From positions 160,001 through 224,000 of the forward strand of contig OY968762.1 of the NCBI GenBank assembly GCA_963695225.1: a stretch of DNA of 64,000 nucleotides. The letters are read 5' to 3'. The stretch's first letter is position 1, and every line of letters begins with the position of its first letter. The position numbers were made by a program, and so were the translations under genes. Under the pieces are notes generated by a model. That model saw only the letters and a program-made list of their open reading frames with translations. It searched no databases and had not been told where the DNA came from. Shown piece after piece: positions 61,382 to 64,000 of this stretch. Source of the stretch: Vulcanimicrobiota bacterium (GTDB lineage: Bacteria > Vulcanimicrobiota > Vulcanimicrobiia > Vulcanimicrobiales > Vulcanimicrobiaceae).

Positions 61382-61715
61382 CAGTCTGCAGCTCGATCGG
61401 GTGTTCTCGGCGCTTGGCGATCCCACGCGGCGTCGAATCGTCGAGCGTCTGGCGCGGGGCAGCATGACCGTCGGGGAGATCGCCGCCGGATTCCCGATAT
61501 CGGCGCCCGCCATCACGAAGCATCTCAAGGTCCTCGAAAACTCCGGCGTGCTCCACCGCGATATCTCAGGTCGCGTGCATCGGTGCCGGCTCGAACCCAA
61601 GGCCATGCACGCTGCCAGTTCTTGGCTCGAGGCGCAGGAGGCGTTCTGGAACGCCGCCCTCGACCGTCTCGATATTGAAATCACCGGCAAGAACCACAGG
61701 AGGAAGGCACCATGA
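61374..61715 (+). CDS. ArsR/SmtB family transcriptional regulator
   Basis: FSALGDPTRRRI, ISAPAITKHLKVLE. Confidence 0.93.
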   Translation: MVNSLQLDRVFSALGDPTRRRIVERLARGSMTVGEIAAGFPISAPAITKHLKVLENSGVLHRDISGRVHRCRLEPKAMHAASSWLEAQEAFWNAALDRLDIEITGKNHRRKAP

Positions 61716-62536
61716 GCGAGATCGACACCGCCCCCGCTGCAGCCCTTGTCCTGCGCCGAACGTACAACGCACCGCGCGAACGCGTGTTCAGTGCTTGGAC
61801 GCAACCCGAGATCATGCGTCGCTGGATGTGTCCGGCAGACACGACCATCTCCGAGATCGCATTCGAGGCGCAAACCGGTGCGCCGTACCGGATCGTCATG
61901 CTTGCCGGCGACGGCGAACGATTCGTCGTTCGCGGTTCGATCCGCGAGCTTCGCGCTCCCGAGCGCCTCTCGCTGACCTGGCAGTGGGAGGACGACGAGG
62001 GCAATCTCGAGGGGAACGAGACGATTCTCACGCTCGATTTTCGCGCGAGCGGCAACGAGACCGAATTGGTGCTCACGCACGAGAATTTCACCGGCGACGA
62101 GCAGCGCGGACGGCACGCAGAAGGCTGGACGTCGGCGCTCGAAAAGCTGCCGACGGCGTTGCGCGCCTTCAGCATCACCGGCATCGATTTGAGCGGCTTC
62201 ATGGTCAAGGATGCGCCGCGCGCGATCGCGTTCTATCGCGACGTCCTCGGCCTCGAACCGGCGCTCGTATATTCCGGCGACCGCGGCGCCGAGTACGAAC
62301 TCGCCGACGGAACGACGTTCGGCTTATGGGGCGGCGGGGAGGCCGTGATGCCGTTCCAGCCCAGCAACGGCATCCTCTTCGCGGTCACCGACTTCGATGC
62401 CGCGGTTGCGGAGCTGGAGGCGCGCGGTATTCCGCTTCTCATGCGCTTCGAAACGCCCGTTTGTTTCATGGCGGCGATTGCCGACACGGAAGGCAACACC
62501 ATCATGCTCCACAAGCGAAAGGCCGGCACGAACTAA
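61712..62536 (+). CDS. SRPBCC (AHA1-like) + VOC/glyoxalase fusion protein
   Basis: APRERVFSAWT..HAEGW; V.D..RAIAFYRDVLGL..DTEGN. Confidence 0.88.
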   Translation: MSEIDTAPAAALVLRRTYNAPRERVFSAWTQPEIMRRWMCPADTTISEIAFEAQTGAPYRIVMLAGDGERFVVRGSIRELRAPERLSLTWQWEDDEGNLEGNETILTLDFRASGNETELVLTHENFTGDEQRGRHAEGWTSALEKLPTALRAFSITGIDLSGFMVKDAPRAIAFYRDVLGLEPALVYSGDRGAEYELADGTTFGLWGGGEAVMPFQPSNGILFAVTDFDAAVAELEARGIPLLMRFETPVCFMAAIADTEGNTIMLHKRKAGTN

Positions 62537-62701
62537 ACGGCTCGGCCGAGTCGAGATCGTTAGCGCGTGCAGCCGGTACTGCTGCTCCGTGGAGCAACGC
62601 GAACGTGAGTCTGCCGAGTCCGCAGCCGATCGAAGAGACGCTTTTCGGACGGCGGCTTCGGTATGCTGAGCGCCCCCGAGGACTGGCTGAAGGAGAACGC
62701 G

Positions 62702-64000
62702 ATGGGTTGGGCTCCAAACTGGGTCGGCGTCAGCGGCGGCGTTGCGGCGCCGGGAACCTCCATCACTTCGATCGCTCGCTATCCGCAGCATCTCGACGTC
62801 TTCTGCGTCGGCACCGATAACGGGATCTACAGCGCGTGGTGGGATATCGCGACGGGCTGGTCCGCGTGGTTCAAGGTCGCGGGCGGCGTCGCGGCCCCGG
62901 GCACGACGATCACGGTCGTCGCCCGCAACCCGAATCATCTCGACCTCTTCGCCGTGGGGTCGGATCACGGCGTTTACAGCATCTGGTGGGACGCGAACGG
63001 CGGCTGGGCTCACAGTTGGTTCCGGGTCTCGAACCTCACCGCGGCCCCCGGCACGTCGGTTGCGGCGATCGCCCGCAACCCAAACCACCTCGACCTGTTC
63101 GCGGTCGGCGCGGACATGCGGATCTCCAGCATCTGGTGGGACGCGAACGGCGGCTGGGCCGCGAACTGGTTCAACGTGAGCGGCGGAATCGCCGCACCGG
63201 GCAGCTCGATCGCGGCGCTGACCCGCAATCCCAGCCATATCGACCTTTTCGCCGTCGGATCGGACCACGGCATCTACAGCACGTGGTGGGACGCGAGCAG
63301 CGGCTGGGCCGGCTGGTTTCGCGTCGCGGGCGGAGCAGCCGCGCCGAATACCTCGATCGCAGCGGTCGCGCGCTACCCCACGCACATCGACCTCTTCGCC
63401 GTCGGCACGGACCATCGAATCTACAGCATTTGGTGGGATGCGAACGGCGGCTGGGCGTCGAGCTGGTTCAACGTCAGCGGCGGCATTGCAGCGCCCAACA
63501 CGTCGATCAGCGTCGTGTCCCGCTATCCCAACCATCTCGACGTGTTCGCGGTCGGAACGAATCACGGCATCTTCAGCACGTGGTGGGACGCGAGCAGCGG
63601 ATGGGCTTCGTGGTTTCAGATCGCCGGCGGGGTCGCGGCTGCGAACACGTCGATCAACGCGCTCAGCCGCTATCCGGATATCCTCGACGTGTTCGTCGTG
63701 GGGACGGATCAGCACGTCGATACGATCTGGTGGCTCGACGAAATGTATTTCTCGATGCAGCACCAGCAGCAATCGAATTGGTGCTGGGCGGCGACCGCGA
63801 CCAGCGTCGCGCTGTTCTATAAGCCGTCGAGCGGCTGGACGCAGTGCCTGGTCGCCAACGGCGAGCTCGGCCGAACCGACTGCTGCGGTGCCGGGGCTTC
63901 AGGTGCGTGCAATGTCTACGGTTTTCTCGACCAAGCACTCACCGTCGTCGGCCACTTCGACCATTGGGTCGGCAGCGTCGCCAGCACCGCGCAGATCGAG
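62702..64000 (+). CDS. Seven-repeat lectin-like beta-propeller fused to a papain-like (C39-like) peptidase; runs off the window
   Basis: GAAGGAG RBS + ATG 62702, absent from the ORF track because it has no stop; 7 repeats of R(N/Y)PxH(L/I)D(L/V)FAVG..WW; then MQHQQQSNWCWAA. Confidence 0.87.
   Translation, partial: MGWAPNWVGVSGGVAAPGTSITSIARYPQHLDVFCVGTDNGIYSAWWDIATGWSAWFKVAGGVAAPGTTITVVARNPNHLDLFAVGSDHGVYSIWWDANGGWAHSWFRVSNLTAAPGTSVAAIARNPNHLDLFAVGADMRISSIWWDANGGWAANWFNVSGGIAAPGSSIAALTRNPSHIDLFAVGSDHGIYSTWWDASSGWAGWFRVAGGAAAPNTSIAAVARYPTHIDLFAVGTDHRIYSIWWDANGGWASSWFNVSGGIAAPNTSISVVSRYPNHLDVFAVGTNHGIFSTWWDASSGWASWFQIAGGVAAANTSINALSRYPDILDVFVVGTDQHVDTIWWLDEMYFSMQHQQQSNWCWAATATSVALFYKPSSGWTQCLVANGELGRTDCCGAGASGACNVYGFLDQALTVVGHFDHWVGSVASTAQIE

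Noticed and set aside
62760..63740. DNA repeats with ~145-bp period as CRISPR or DGR
   Set aside because: In-frame protein repeats of the propeller; no RT or cas gene
17907..64000. Prophage or ICE integrated at tRNA-Thr or tRNA-Arg
   Set aside because: No integrase, phage or conjugation genes, and no duplicated 3' end of either tRNA noticed by eye

Overview
High-GC bacterial window. The Firmicutes-like core gene order suggests a Terrabacteria lineage such as Ca. Eremiobacterota, but this is inference only. About 1-17.9 kb is housekeeping: GT39/PMT, yebC, a kinase-less PASTA protein, rpe, thiL, rpmB, fakA, plsX, degV, hemW, PIN-TRAM, ispDF, a stand-alone GluRS anticodon-binding-domain protein, cysE, cysS, rlmB, sigH and tRNA Thr-Tyr-Gly-Thr. 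About 18-64 kb is a mosaic accessory region: glnA, malate synthase, GT87, S53 protease, tRNA-Arg(CCU), a 1155-aa membrane/hydrolase protein, an HNH nuclease, a Fic gene broken by an IS3, a lipid-kinase gene broken by a TG..CA transposon with a 6-bp TSD, PAP2, GH130, esterases, hscC with a J-like protein, prolyl oligopeptidase and an ArsR-SRPBCC/VOC operon. Best candidates for undescribed biology: (1) an ABM(IsdG-like)-PAS-GGDEF cyclase paired with a globin-like/CarH-type B12 photoreceptor protein; (2) a cytoplasmic lipase-trypsin-NucA triple-enzyme fusion; (3) two intact 'headless' housekeeping genes (GltX and PknB minus catalytic domains) that appear to start at CTG; (4) a 150-bp branched palindromic element between rpmB and fakA; (5) a 7-bladed lectin propeller fused to a papain-like protease. 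No CRISPR array, rRNA or phage integrase was seen. All family calls come from motif recognition by eye, with no database search.
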